A stretch of DNA of 64,000 nucleotides, taken from NCBI GenBank assembly GCA_963822445.1, contig CAWGHO010000001.1, forward strand, positions 1,440,001 to 1,504,000, read 5' to 3'. This stretch comes from an uncultured Acidobacteriota bacterium (GTDB lineage Bacteria; Acidobacteriota; Thermoanaerobaculia; Gp7-AA8). Below the pieces are notes generated by a model. It saw only the letters and a list, made by a program, of their open reading frames with translations, was not told the DNA's origin and searched no databases. The position numbers were made by a program, and so were the translations under genes. Below, piece by piece: positions 40,388 to 49,935 of the stretch (positions within the stretch are counted from its first letter, which is position 1; each line of letters starts with the position of its first letter).

Positions 40388-40403
40388 GTTTTGCGCCGCG
40401 ACC

Positions 40404-41480
40404 ATGCCCGGAACGATGGCGGACCAATCCATTCGCAAGGCGGGCGTCCGCCGCCGCTGGTACCTCGATCTCCACGGCATCCGGCGCGAAGGGTCGAAGG
40501 AAACCGGCTTCTCCTTCCGCCTGCCCACGGGCAAGGTCATCGAGGACGAGAAGATCCTGGCCCGCATCCAGAAGCTGCGCATCCCACCCGCCTGGAAGGA
40601 AGTACGCATCGCGCGGGGCGACTCCGCGCCGCTTCAGGCGGTCGGCGTCGACAAGAAAGGGCGCACGCAGTACCTCTACCATCCCCGCTTCCGCGCGCAG
40701 CGCGAGGAGGCGAAGTTCAGGCGGGTCGTCGAGTTCGGCGAGGCGCTGCCCGTCCTCCGCCGCCGCGTCCGCGCCGATCTTTCCGGCGCCGCGCTCGAAC
40801 GGCAACGCGTCCTCGCGGCCATGGTCCGCCTCATCGATCAGGGCTTCTTCCGCATCGGCAATGACAAGAGCGCCGAGGCGGAGTCGACGTTCGGGTTGTC
40901 CACGATTCGCGGATCACACGTGAAAGTGGAGGGAAACGCGGTCCTATTCGATTACGTCGGCAAGTGGAAGAAGAAGCAGAAGCGCGCCATCAGCGACGAA
41001 GACGTGGCGAAAGTCGTATCCGAGCTGAAGAAGCTCAAAGGCGCGGAGCTGTTCCAGTTCGTGCAGAACAACAAGACCATCGACGTGAAAGACCGGCACG
41101 TCAACGACTACATCCAGGCCGTGATCGGCCGGGACTTCACGGCCAAGGACTTCCGCACCTGGGCGGGCACGCTGCTCTGCTCGATCGCCCTGGCCATGCA
41201 GGGTCAGGCCGAGACCAAGACCGAGCGCAAGCGCCGCGTGCGCAAAGCCATCGTCGCGACCGCGGAGCAGCTCGGCAACACCCCCGCGGTCTGCCGCTCT
41301 TCGTACATCTGCCCCCGCCTTCTCGACGAGTACATGGAAGGCGCGCCCTTCGAGCAGCTGCGCAAAACGCGCAAAGGCAGCCCGGTGGTGCGCATCGGAC
41401 TGTCGATGGAGGAGAAGGCGCTGCTCAAGTTTCTGAGAGAGACGATTGCGGACCGGCGGATCAAACCGCGTGCGGCCTAG
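40404..41480 (+). CDS. Bacterial (poxvirus-like) DNA topoisomerase IB
   Basis: IPPAW, GVD.KGRTQY.YH, RIGN, KDFRTW.GT, LGNTPAVCRSSYI (catalytic Tyr). Confidence 0.93.
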   Translation: MPGTMADQSIRKAGVRRRWYLDLHGIRREGSKETGFSFRLPTGKVIEDEKILARIQKLRIPPAWKEVRIARGDSAPLQAVGVDKKGRTQYLYHPRFRAQREEAKFRRVVEFGEALPVLRRRVRADLSGAALERQRVLAAMVRLIDQGFFRIGNDKSAEAESTFGLSTIRGSHVKVEGNAVLFDYVGKWKKKQKRAISDEDVAKVVSELKKLKGAELFQFVQNNKTIDVKDRHVNDYIQAVIGRDFTAKDFRTWAGTLLCSIALAMQGQAETKTERKRRVRKAIVATAEQLGNTPAVCRSSYICPRLLDEYMEGAPFEQLRKTRKGSPVVRIGLSMEEKALLKFLRETIADRRIKPRAA

Positions 41481-44434
41481 AACGTCTCCCCGATCCAGAA
41501 GCTCGTCCTGAACCCGCCCTCGTCATCCAGCTCCTTCAGGTCGAACCGCTTGGCAAAGTCCCAGTTGAGGGGCATGCCCCAGAAGCGGAACGAGAAGCCC
41601 CAGCCGATCGAGGCCTTGCCGTCTTTGAGCCGGCCGTCGTCGTCGATGAAGTCGAAGTCCTGATCCTTGAACGTGGCCGCGCCGATGTCGAAGAAGAACA
41701 CGCCGCGCACCTGCTGCAGCACGACGATCGGCGTTGCCAGGACGTCGATGAGCGGGAAGCGGAACTCGACGTTCGCGAACGCCGCGTGCTGCCCGAGCAG
41801 CGAGCGGAACTCGTAGCCGCGAAGCGTGTTCAACCCACCGAAGTAATAGAAATTCGAAGCATTCCCCTCGGAGAAAGCCGCGTAGAGCCGCGTCGCCAGC
41901 AGCGTCCGCGAGCTGAGCTGGAAGTACTCGCGCCAGTCGACGTTCACGTCAGCGGTGAGCGTTCCACCTTCGTCCAGATCGGGTGCGTATGACGCGCTGA
42001 GCTGGTACCGCCGTCCGGAAACCGGGCCGAAGAACTTCCAGACCGCGCTGTCGCCGGAGAACGTCGAGCTGACGATCGGATACACATCCTGGCGATGCTG
42101 GTACGCGACGAAGTCCGGTTTCTGCGGTGTGGCCGGGTCGTCGCTGAAAACGGGATGGAAGAAATCGCGGCTGACCGCACCGGCGCCGGTATCCAGGCGG
42201 TGATAGCGCGAGAAGGGATAGCTGAGGAAACCGATCGCGCCGGTCTCGCGGTAGAACTGCTGCCGGTCGATCCCGTTCTGCTCCTCGTTCAGCGTGTAAT
42301 AGAACGAGCGGTCGTCGAACAGGCGCGCGCCCCAGTTCAGGCGGCGGTGCATGTCGAGGTAGATGAAGTCGAAGTTGGAGAAGCTCGACACCGAATCGAG
42401 TGAGGCGATGAAACGGCGGTTGCCGAGCATGTCGCTCATGAAGATCGTCGACCGCGAGACGAAGAGCTGATCCGAGGTCACGCCGGCGCCGACCTGGACG
42501 TCGTCGACGAAGAGCTTGAACCCGCGAGTCGACTCGATCTTGTCCTCATCGATGAAGAACTCCGAGGTCGACCGGAAGACCGATCGCGATTCGGCAGCGA
42601 TCGGCGCGGACGGCAGCGTGGTCTTCTCGGCCGGGTGCAGCGGCTTGTCGGTCGTCGTCGAGTAGAGCTGCCAGGTGCCCTTGTAGTACGCCGCGAACAC
42701 CATCCGCTCTTTGTTGTTCACGCCGGTGAACACGACCGGCGTGAAGGCGCCGCCGACGACATCCGTGTACTGGAGCATGTCGCCGGTGGCGAGATCGAGC
42801 GAGTAGATGTTGAACGCGGCGAAATTCGTTTTGTCCGCGGGCGGCGTGTCACCGGTCGTGCGCGCGGCGTTCTCGGCGGATTCGAGGAGATTCGCGGCCT
42901 GCTCCACATTGCGGCCGGTCTGCTTGTCCGAGGAGAAGAAGAGCCGCTTGCCGTCCGGCGTGAACCAGGCGTCGATGTCGTTCCACTGGCCGCTGGTGAG
43001 CTGGAAGCGCTCCTTCGGATTGTCGAGGTTCAGGCGATAGAGCTTCGCGTGTTCCTCGCCGACGGACGAATACACCAGCCACTTCCCATCCGGCGAGAAG
43101 ACCGGCGCGCCGTCGAAGAACGAATCGCTGGTGACGTTGGTCGTGTTTCCCGAGTCGAGGTCGTAGATGAAGATGTCCGATTGATTGCCCATGAACCCGG
43201 CGAAGGCGATGCGCTTGCCGTCGGGTGAATAGGCCGGGCTGAGCTGCTGCTCAATGGCCATCGGGATCGAGCGCACCAGCGCGCCGGTCAGGGGATTGAT
43301 CAGCAGCAGGTTGCGGCCGCGCTCCTTCTTCACGAACAGCGCGATCTGATCGCCGTTCGGCGCGAACGCGGCGTCGCGTCCCATCACCGGGCCGGTCGTG
43401 AAGGACTGCACGATCGCGTACTCGTACTCGCTCGTGTATCCCGAGGTGAGGTTCTTGAGCATCCGCCGCTCGGGGATGTTGAAGAGAACCAGATCGATGT
43501 CCTGCTTGTACGTCGTGAAGCCTGCCAGCAGATCGCCCGACGGCGAAGGCACGGGCGCGATCTCGCTGCTCTGCTCTTCAGGGCGGATACGGAACACCTC
43601 GCCGTACTCCTGCGGCTCCCCTTTCGCCACGAGCGCGGGCAGGTACTGCTTTCTCAGCCACGTGCGGAAGCGCGTGTCGAATTCTTCAGACGTCAGATTC
43701 AGGGCGCGCTTGAGCGCGCGGTCGACGTTGTTGCCGAGCGTGTTGCGGTATTCGTAAATGAAATCGCGCAGACCATCCCAGCCCCAGCCTTCCTGAATGA
43801 ACTTGAAGACGGCGTGGCCGAAGCGATAGGCGAAGTAACCCTGCGGATTGAGGCTGATGCGCGGAATGCGATCGTTGACCACGGCGTCGCGCAGGACCAT
43901 GCGGTCGCGCGAGTCTTCGTCCTGGGCCATGAACGACGCCAGGCCTTCCATCATCCACTGCGGCGGATTGGCGGTGAGGTTCTTGCCGAATTTGCCCTGG
44001 AAGAGGATCTCGTACTCGAAGATGTGCGTGAGCTCGTGCGTGACCAGCTCCAGCAGCTGGTCGTCGGGCATGTCGATCGGCAGGACCATCCGGTTCCGCA
44101 CCGGCTCCGCGAATGCACCCACGCCTTCGGGGATGAACGTGAGCGTGACGTTGGTCTGCTCGAACGCCGAATGCGTGTGGTAGTAGATCAGCGGGATCTT
44201 TTTGGAGATCTGGAAATTGAATTTCTGGGAGAGGTCGAGATACGCGGTCTCGGCCATGTCCACCACGCGCTGCAAAGAGGCGCGCTCTTCTTCGTAGAAG
44301 TAAATGTCGAAGTGGGTGGAGTGATAGACCTGCCACTTGAAGGTGTCGTAGACGATCTTGTTCTGCCCGAAAGGGTAGGCCGGAACGGCCAGGAGCAACA
44401 CGAATACGAGGAGTGCGACGACTCGCTTCACCAC
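41477..44434 (-). CDS. Peptidase MA-like + PD40 beta-propeller + Omp85 barrel outer-membrane protein
   Basis: FGQNK N-terminus, HELTH...WMMEGLA, SPDGK repeats, FGGLNTLRGY, terminal Phe. Confidence 0.85.
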   Translation of the reverse strand: MVKRVVALLVFVLLLAVPAYPFGQNKIVYDTFKWQVYHSTHFDIYFYEEERASLQRVVDMAETAYLDLSQKFNFQISKKIPLIYYHTHSAFEQTNVTLTFIPEGVGAFAEPVRNRMVLPIDMPDDQLLELVTHELTHIFEYEILFQGKFGKNLTANPPQWMMEGLASFMAQDEDSRDRMVLRDAVVNDRIPRISLNPQGYFAYRFGHAVFKFIQEGWGWDGLRDFIYEYRNTLGNNVDRALKRALNLTSEEFDTRFRTWLRKQYLPALVAKGEPQEYGEVFRIRPEEQSSEIAPVPSPSGDLLAGFTTYKQDIDLVLFNIPERRMLKNLTSGYTSEYEYAIVQSFTTGPVMGRDAAFAPNGDQIALFVKKERGRNLLLINPLTGALVRSIPMAIEQQLSPAYSPDGKRIAFAGFMGNQSDIFIYDLDSGNTTNVTSDSFFDGAPVFSPDGKWLVYSSVGEEHAKLYRLNLDNPKERFQLTSGQWNDIDAWFTPDGKRLFFSSDKQTGRNVEQAANLLESAENAARTTGDTPPADKTNFAAFNIYSLDLATGDMLQYTDVVGGAFTPVVFTGVNNKERMVFAAYYKGTWQLYSTTTDKPLHPAEKTTLPSAPIAAESRSVFRSTSEFFIDEDKIESTRGFKLFVDDVQVGAGVTSDQLFVSRSTIFMSDMLGNRRFIASLDSVSSFSNFDFIYLDMHRRLNWGARLFDDRSFYYTLNEEQNGIDRQQFYRETGAIGFLSYPFSRYHRLDTGAGAVSRDFFHPVFSDDPATPQKPDFVAYQHRQDVYPIVSSTFSGDSAVWKFFGPVSGRRYQLSASYAPDLDEGGTLTADVNVDWREYFQLSSRTLLATRLYAAFSEGNASNFYYFGGLNTLRGYEFRSLLGQHAAFANVEFRFPLIDVLATPIVVLQQVRGVFFFDIGAATFKDQDFDFIDDDGRLKDGKASIGWGFSFRFWGMPLNWDFAKRFDLKELDDEGGFRTSFWIGETF

Positions 44435-44461
44435 AAATGGCCTCCTAAGTGACGGGGACGA

Positions 44462-45145
44462 TTACTCAGTGAACACGTAGCGCGTGGCCGAGGTCTCCTG
44501 CGCCACGAAAATGCCTACCAGTTGCGTTTCCAGCGAGCGGAGATTCTCGAAGAGGCCGAGGATCTCGTCGTAGTTGCGCTGGTCGAATTCCTTGAAGTCG
44601 CGGAAGTTCTCTTCCAGCACCATCTCGCCGGTGTCGGCGTTGATCACGGCCAGGTCGATGTCGAAGACGAATCCGGTCGATTCGACGAGCACCTGCCGGT
44701 AGAACGTCCGCCCATCAGCCGGCGACGTGTACTCCTCGGTCTTGTAGCCGGACTTGTCGTTGATGTCGAAGTCGACGATGCCGGTGACGATGAAGTCCGC
44801 ACCCGTGCGCGCGCCGAGCTCCTTCCAGTAATCGACAGACGATTGCAGGGTCTTGATGTCGGTTCCCGGGAGCCGCGTCGGCGGGACGTCGACCAGACGA
44901 AGCTTGGTCGATTTCGCGAGCTGCTTGCGGAGGTAGCGGTTGAACTCCTGCTGCACGTCGACCTTCGCCGCGCGGTCGTTGCGCTTCTCCCCTTTCGAGG
45001 CGATGACGAAAGGAGCGACGGCCACGCGCTCGTCACCGGTGATGGCCAGCTTCGGCTTCACCGGCAGCTTGAGCTTCACTTCGATGACGTCGGCGCCGAG
45101 TGGCAGCGCGAGAGCGAGCAAAACTGCGGATGCTGTCCTGATCAC
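44462..45145 (-). CDS. Secreted hypothetical protein (CsgG/TolB-N-like fold suspected)
   Basis: Signal peptide from GTG 45145 (GTGA overlap with upstream stop); VAVAPF, LGARTGADFIVTG motifs. Confidence 0.65.
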   Translation of the reverse strand: MIRTASAVLLALALPLGADVIEVKLKLPVKPKLAITGDERVAVAPFVIASKGEKRNDRAAKVDVQQEFNRYLRKQLAKSTKLRLVDVPPTRLPGTDIKTLQSSVDYWKELGARTGADFIVTGIVDFDINDKSGYKTEEYTSPADGRTFYRQVLVESTGFVFDIDLAVINADTGEMVLEENFRDFKEFDQRNYDEILGLFENLRSLETQLVGIFVAQETSATRYVFTE

Positions 45146-45600
45146 TGCACATCTCCGGGAGGGGTGGTGGTCGTGGTGGCGGTGGCTGGGGGAGCGGCGG
45201 CGGGCGCGGCCGTGGTCGTGGTCGTCGTTGCCGGCGTACCCTGGCGCTTCTTGCTCTTCGTGTTGAACTCGACGAAGCGGCTGTAGTTCTTCTGGATGTA
45301 CTGATTGGAGCGGTCGAGACGCATGGCCTCGCGGTACTCCTTCATGGCGTTGTCGAAGTCGCCGTTGGCCTCGTAGGCGACGGCGAGATTGTTGTGCGCC
45401 ATCGCGTCGTCCGGCTGGATCTCCACGGCCCGGCGGAAACGGAACATCGCTTCGCGCCAAAGGTTCATCTTGGCCATGCGCACGCCGAACTGGCGCTGGG
45501 TCTCGCTCCGATTCGTGTCGGTTCCGGCGCTACGGCAGCCGCCGGTGATGAGCACCAGGGCCAGGATCGCAATGGTTGATGCCGTGAAGGCCCGCTTCAT
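45142..45600 (-). CDS. TPR lipoprotein
   Basis: Lipobox ITGG|C; TPR AHNNLAVAYE..G..DNA..EY; GGAGG SD. Confidence 0.8.
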   Translation of the reverse strand: MKRAFTASTIAILALVLITGGCRSAGTDTNRSETQRQFGVRMAKMNLWREAMFRFRRAVEIQPDDAMAHNNLAVAYEANGDFDNAMKEYREAMRLDRSNQYIQKNYSRFVEFNTKSKKRQGTPATTTTTTAAPAAAPPATATTTTTPPGDVQ

Positions 45601-45703
45601 CTTCCCTCCTCGATCGATCCGCGCAGCCGAGTATACTGCGCGGGTTCCCACCTGCCGCCGGACCGCCGTCCGCGTCGTTTTTCCACCCGCACCAAACGAA
45701 GCA

Positions 45704-46780
45704 ATGAACCATTCCGACGTGCGCGACACGCTGATCGCGCTGTCTTTACTGCCATTTCTCACACCGAACAGGACCCGTCTTCTCCGCGAATACTTCGGCC
45801 ACATCGAGCTGGCCTGCGATGCCTCGTGCGATCTTCTGCAAGGGCTTTTGAGCCTAACCCGCGAGCAGGCGCAGCAGGTAAAGGTTCCGTTAACACGCGA
45901 GGCTCGTGAAGTGGTCGCGTCCGTGCGCGCGCACGTGATCACGCTCGCCGACGACACCTATCCGCCGCTTTTGCGGGAGATCATCGATCCGCCGCTCGTG
46001 CTGCACGTTCGCGGAAATGCGGCGCTGCTCGCGAACCTCTCTGTCGCCGTCGTCGGCTCGCGCCGCGCGACGCCGTACGGCCTCAACGCCGCGCATCATC
46101 TGTCGCGCGATCTCGCGTCCGCCGGCGTCACGATCGTCTCCGGTCTCGCGCGCGGAATCGACGCCGCCGCCCACCAGGCCGCACTCGACGCCGGCGCACC
46201 GACCATCGGCGTCCTCGGCACAGGAATCGACGTCGTGTATCCGCGATCGCACCGAGCTCTGTTCAAGCGCGTTGCGGAGAGCGGCGCGATCGTGAGCGAG
46301 CTCGCGCCGGGGACGCCGCCGAAGCGGGAGAACTTCCCGATCCGCAATCGGATCATCTCCGGCCTGTCGAAAGGAACGGTGATCGTGGAGGCGACCACCC
46401 GAAGCGGATCGCTGATCACGGCACGCATGGCCGCGGAACAGGGTCGTGATGTCTTCTGCGTCCCGGGCTCGATCTTCTCGGACAAGTCCGAGGGAACGCA
46501 TCGGCTGATTCAGTACGGAGCGAAGCTCGTTCACGACGTTGACGACGTGCTCGAGGAGCTCGGTCCAGACTTGCGAGCGCTGAAATCACGCGTCGAGGAA
46601 CCGGAAGGTCCGTTGGCCGAGGTGCTGGCGGTGCTGACGCGCGAGGAAGGTGCGCACGTCGATGCGTTGGCGGCGCGGCTCAGGCAGAGCTCGACCGAAG
46701 TCGCGGAGTCGCTGCTGCAGCTCGAGCTGGGCGGATGGATTCGCGCGTTGCCGGGAGCGAGGTATGTGCGCGTGAAATAG
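45704..46780 (+). CDS. dprA: DNA-processing protein DprA
   Basis: YPPLLREI.DPP, VVGSR, VSGLARGID, FP.RNRIISGL, SGSLITA. Confidence 0.95.
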   Translation: MNHSDVRDTLIALSLLPFLTPNRTRLLREYFGHIELACDASCDLLQGLLSLTREQAQQVKVPLTREAREVVASVRAHVITLADDTYPPLLREIIDPPLVLHVRGNAALLANLSVAVVGSRRATPYGLNAAHHLSRDLASAGVTIVSGLARGIDAAAHQAALDAGAPTIGVLGTGIDVVYPRSHRALFKRVAESGAIVSELAPGTPPKRENFPIRNRIISGLSKGTVIVEATTRSGSLITARMAAEQGRDVFCVPGSIFSDKSEGTHRLIQYGAKLVHDVDDVLEELGPDLRALKSRVEEPEGPLAEVLAVLTREEGAHVDALAARLRQSSTEVAESLLQLELGGWIRALPGARYVRVK

Positions 46781-46783
46781 GAG

Positions 46784-47086
46784 CTAAGCCAACCCGATGA
46801 GCTCTTTGTCCGCCTCGCGCGCGTTCTTCACCGTCACGGCGAGGATGGCGATCGGCACGCCCCAGGTCACCAGCTTGCGGAAGACTTTCGGCAGGCCGAA
46901 GCCGACCACGAGGCCGAGGACCGCGCCGCCGGCGATGAGGTGCGGGGCGTAGGTGCGGGCGATGGTCTTCGGATCGAGGTTCGTCCGAAGGTGGCGATCG
47001 AGCTCGTCAATGCGGTCGCCGACGCCGTCCCGCGCACGCACGATCTGCGTCTCGATCGATTTCTTCTGGTCGTCCATGTCTGCCAT
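46784..47086 (-). CDS. DUF3618-like protein (coiled N-terminus plus C-terminal TM)
   Basis: IETQIVRAR..VG..IDEL; follows the holin-X-like gene as commonly seen. Confidence 0.7.
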   Translation of the reverse strand: MADMDDQKKSIETQIVRARDGVGDRIDELDRHLRTNLDPKTIARTYAPHLIAGGAVLGLVVGFGLPKVFRKLVTWGVPIAILAVTVKNAREADKELIGLA

Positions 47087-47500
47087 TTACCTGCTCCTCA
47101 CGCGCGCGACGTCCGCTTTGAGCGAGTCGACGTCGCGTTTGATGTGGGCGATCGAGTCGTTGGGGACGAAGTTCACGTCCTGCAGCTTCTTCTTGCCCAT
47201 GATGCCCAGCACGGCCGCGGCCGCGAAGAGGACGAGGGTCACGATCAGCGCGGAAAGCCACGCCGGAACGCCGAGCGCGACGAGGCCGAGGGTGATCGTC
47301 ACGAAGAGAAAGGCCAGGCCGATCAGGGCCAGGAATCCCGCCCCGGCCAGCAGTCCGCCGCCGGTTCCGAGCTTGGCCACGGCCTCCTTGAGCTCGAGCT
47401 TCAGCAGCGCGATCTCGCTGCGGACGAGCATGGAAATGTCGGAGGTCAGGTCCTTGATGATGCTGCCGAGAGAACGCTCGGCTTCGGTGTAGTTGCTCAT
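47087..47500 (-). CDS. YqjE/holin-X-like membrane protein
   Basis: RSLG.IIKD...D.S.LVR.EI.LLK.E, two TMs, P..SI..IK.D. Confidence 0.85.
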   Translation of the reverse strand: MSNYTEAERSLGSIIKDLTSDISMLVRSEIALLKLELKEAVAKLGTGGGLLAGAGFLALIGLAFLFVTITLGLVALGVPAWLSALIVTLVLFAAAAVLGIMGKKKLQDVNFVPNDSIAHIKRDVDSLKADVARVRSR

Positions 47501-47513
47501 GACGTACTCCTTG

Positions 47514-47529
47514 AGCAAGAGGCTTTCCA
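47514..47529 (-). promoter_or_regulatory. sigma54 promoter of the holin-X/DUF3618 pair
   Basis: Minus strand TGGAAAGCCTCTTGCT, GG-N10-GC. Confidence 0.55.
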
Positions 47530-47545
47530 GCTATGCTCTTGCCCA

Positions 47546-47911
47546 ATGTCGGATGTGATCGAGCTGGTGAAGGACTTTCGATTCGAGGCGGCGCACTTTC
47601 TACCCCAGGTGCCCGAAGGCCACAAGTGCCGGCGGATTCACGGCCATTCGTTTCGGGGCGAAGTGGCGGTGCGGGGACCGATCGATCCGAAGATCGGCTG
47701 GGTGATGGATTTCGCCGACCTCAAGCGGGCCATCGACCCTGTTGTCGCCGAGGTCGACCATTACCTGCTCAACGACGTCGCCGGCCTCGACAACCCCACC
47801 TCGGAACTGCTGGCGATCTGGATCTGGAAACGCCTCGCGCCGGTCGTGCCGAATCTCTTCCGGATCACGATCGAGGAGACGTGCACGTCGCGGTGTCATT
47901 ACTACGGCTGA
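47546..47911 (+). CDS. queD: 6-carboxytetrahydropterin synthase QueD
   Basis: FEAAHFLP, HKC.RIHGHS, MDFAD, DHYLLN, NPTSE, EET. Confidence 0.95.
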   Translation: MSDVIELVKDFRFEAAHFLPQVPEGHKCRRIHGHSFRGEVAVRGPIDPKIGWVMDFADLKRAIDPVVAEVDHYLLNDVAGLDNPTSELLAIWIWKRLAPVVPNLFRITIEETCTSRCHYYG

Positions 47912-48531
47912 GATCTCAGCGGAACGAATCTGACCGCCTCGAGACGCCGCCGCGTGACGTGGCCGCCCTGTTTCTCGATCAGCCAGAGGTGTTGGTAGTC
48001 GGCGGGTCCGACCGGGATGATGCACCGCCCGCCCTCGGCAAGCTGCTCGATGAGCTCTTCGGGCAATAGCTCCGGCGCGGCCGCGGACAGGATGGCGTCG
48101 AACGGGCCTTCGTGGCGGAAGATCTCGACGCCGTTGCCGACGCCGAGGACGACGTTCGTGATTCCGAGTTGCTCGAGACGTTCCGCGGCGCTCGCGGCGA
48201 GCTCCGGCTCGACCTCGGCGCTGTAAACGATGCGGGCGAGCTTCGCCAGGATCGCGGTCTGGTAGCCGGAGCCGGTGCCAATCTCCAGCACCCTCTCGTC
48301 GCCGCGAAGGCGGAGCATTTCCGTCATGCAGGCGACGATGTACGGCTGGGAAATGGTCTGCCCGCGGGTGAGCGGCAGAGGCGTGTCGTCGTATGCCGAG
48401 GCGCGAAGGTTCTGGGGAACGAACACTTCCCGCGGAATCGAGGCGAGGACGTCCAGAACGCGCGGATCACTGACTCCGCGGCTGCGGATCTGTTCGCGGA
48501 TCATCCGCGCGTTGGCGTCATCGCTTTGCAT
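47902..48531 (-). CDS. pcm: Protein-L-isoaspartate O-methyltransferase
   Basis: GQTISQPY, VLEIGTGSGYQ, PFDAI, VRFVPL. Confidence 0.95.
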   Translation of the reverse strand: MQSDDANARMIREQIRSRGVSDPRVLDVLASIPREVFVPQNLRASAYDDTPLPLTRGQTISQPYIVACMTEMLRLRGDERVLEIGTGSGYQTAILAKLARIVYSAEVEPELAASAAERLEQLGITNVVLGVGNGVEIFRHEGPFDAILSAAAPELLPEELIEQLAEGGRCIIPVGPADYQHLWLIEKQGGHVTRRRLEAVRFVPLRSQP

Positions 48532-49612
48532 GTTGCTGCTGCGCACCCGGACGCGGACGGCGGCCGGTTATCCGAAGCTTCATGACCCGGTCCTCGTTCC
48601 GCCGAAGCCGCGGGAGACTCACCAGCACCGTACCATCCTCGGGGATCCCCGTCAGCGACGCATCCCGATGCATGACGAAACTGCCGCTGAAGGCGACCTT
48701 CGTGACGCCGGGCGGCACCCACAACTTCACGGTTGGATTGGCGATCGGTATCCCGCCGCGATTGACCATGCGGATGCTGAAGAAGTCGTCCTTGCGCATC
48801 CGGTCCACGCTGAAGCCGAAGCCGTCGCTCCTGGCCTTCCGGCGCGAGGTCGGCGTGAAGGTCTTCGCGTTCTGCGGATCGCCCACCGCTCCGTCGGACA
48901 CCGGCTGCCCTGAGACCCATCGAAAGGCGGTTCGGAGCATGAGGTGCAAGGTGCCGTCGGGTTTGGGCGGCAGCTGGCGCGGATCGAAGCCAAACCAGAG
49001 ATAGCGCGCACCATCGCGCTCGATGTGCATCACCGCCGCGCGCTCGCTGTCCTTCCATCGCGCGTCGACGACCATGCGCGGCGTCTCTTTCAACAACGCC
49101 ACGGTTCCCGGCCGCGTGGGAATCACGTAGCCGGGTCGCAGCCGCGCGAGCACCGGCGATACATGCTCGGAGAGGCGCACGTTGCCCGTGACCTGGCCGA
49201 CTTCATAGAAAAGCCGGAAGCGGCCGATGGGCGTGCGCGGCGGAACGCCGACGAACGAGATCGCGCCGCCGCGGCGAACGAATTCTTCGAGGAGACTGGC
49301 CAGACGCGGAGTGATCTCATCGACGTCGCAGAAGACGACCACGCCTTCGATGGGATCGAATGTCTCCAGCGGGACCAGCGTCGCCTGCAATTCGGCGGCA
49401 TTGAGCAGCCGCACCCAGGCCGCGCCCAGCTGCGATCCGGAGCGCGCCGTGACGACGGTGACCTTCGGCAGCGGCTCCGGCTTGATGACGATCGATTGCT
49501 GTTCAATGAACGACCAGATGGCCACGGCACCCACCGCCACCACCAGAACGAGCATCGCTCCGTAAATGACGAGATGCTTGCTGGCGACGGTAGCTTCGTG
49601 ACGGCGAGCCAT
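48518..49612 (-). CDS. Membrane-anchored periplasmic protein with GATase-like (trimerisation) fold and C-terminal beta-domain
   Basis: N-terminal TM; L..FVRRGG.I.FVG and G..LWFGF motifs; last gene but one of the GT2 operon. Confidence 0.55.
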   Translation of the reverse strand: MARRHEATVASKHLVIYGAMLVLVVAVGAVAIWSFIEQQSIVIKPEPLPKVTVVTARSGSQLGAAWVRLLNAAELQATLVPLETFDPIEGVVVFCDVDEITPRLASLLEEFVRRGGAISFVGVPPRTPIGRFRLFYEVGQVTGNVRLSEHVSPVLARLRPGYVIPTRPGTVALLKETPRMVVDARWKDSERAAVMHIERDGARYLWFGFDPRQLPPKPDGTLHLMLRTAFRWVSGQPVSDGAVGDPQNAKTFTPTSRRKARSDGFGFSVDRMRKDDFFSIRMVNRGGIPIANPTVKLWVPPGVTKVAFSGSFVMHRDASLTGIPEDGTVLVSLPRLRRNEDRVMKLRITGRRPRPGAQQQHAKR

Positions 49613-49618
49613 GTTCTT

Positions 49619-49724
49619 AGTAGGCAGTGGGCAGTGGGCAGTAGGCAGTGGACCCGGGGACGGGCGGGGGCCCCCTGCCTACCGCCTACTGCGAACGCGC
49701 CGTACGGCGCGCGTACTGCCTACT
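49619..49724. repeat. Fold-back element of heptamers AGT(A/G)GGC with a nested palindrome
   Basis: AGTAGGC AGTGGGC AGTGGGC AGTAGGC AGTGG ... GCCTACC GCCTACT [CGCGCCGTACGGCGCG] GCGTACT GCCTACT. Confidence 0.88.
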
Positions 49725-49911
49725 ATTTCTTCGGCTCGTACTGATTGAAGAACGCCTTCATCTGCCCTTCCTGGCGCAGTTCGCCTGCGGTCTTCGGGCG
49801 GCGAGCTTCACGTACCTTGTAAGCAAAGTAAGAAGCTACGGCGAGAATCAGTGTGACGACGATGGAGACGAAGATGACCGTCGCCAGAATGTTTACCCAG
49901 TCCAGTCTCAT
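49723..49911 (-). CDS. Small single-TM protein (62 aa) in the GT2 operon
   Basis: One TM plus basic tail; AAGGA SD upstream; directly after the GT2 gene. Confidence 0.7.
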   Translation of the reverse strand: MRLDWVNILATVIFVSIVVTLILAVASYFAYKVREARRPKTAGELRQEGQMKAFFNQYEPKK

Positions 49912-49935
49912 GTGCAGGTCCTTCCGGTTCGAGAG

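Noticed and set aside
40404-41480. Topoisomerase IB as a viral or mobile signature
   Set aside because: Chromosomal TopIB is common in soil bacteria; no mobile context here.
47087-47500. Holin-like gene as evidence of a prophage
   Set aside because: It is the YqjE/holin-X family paired with DUF3618, a common chromosomal pair; no phage genes nearby.
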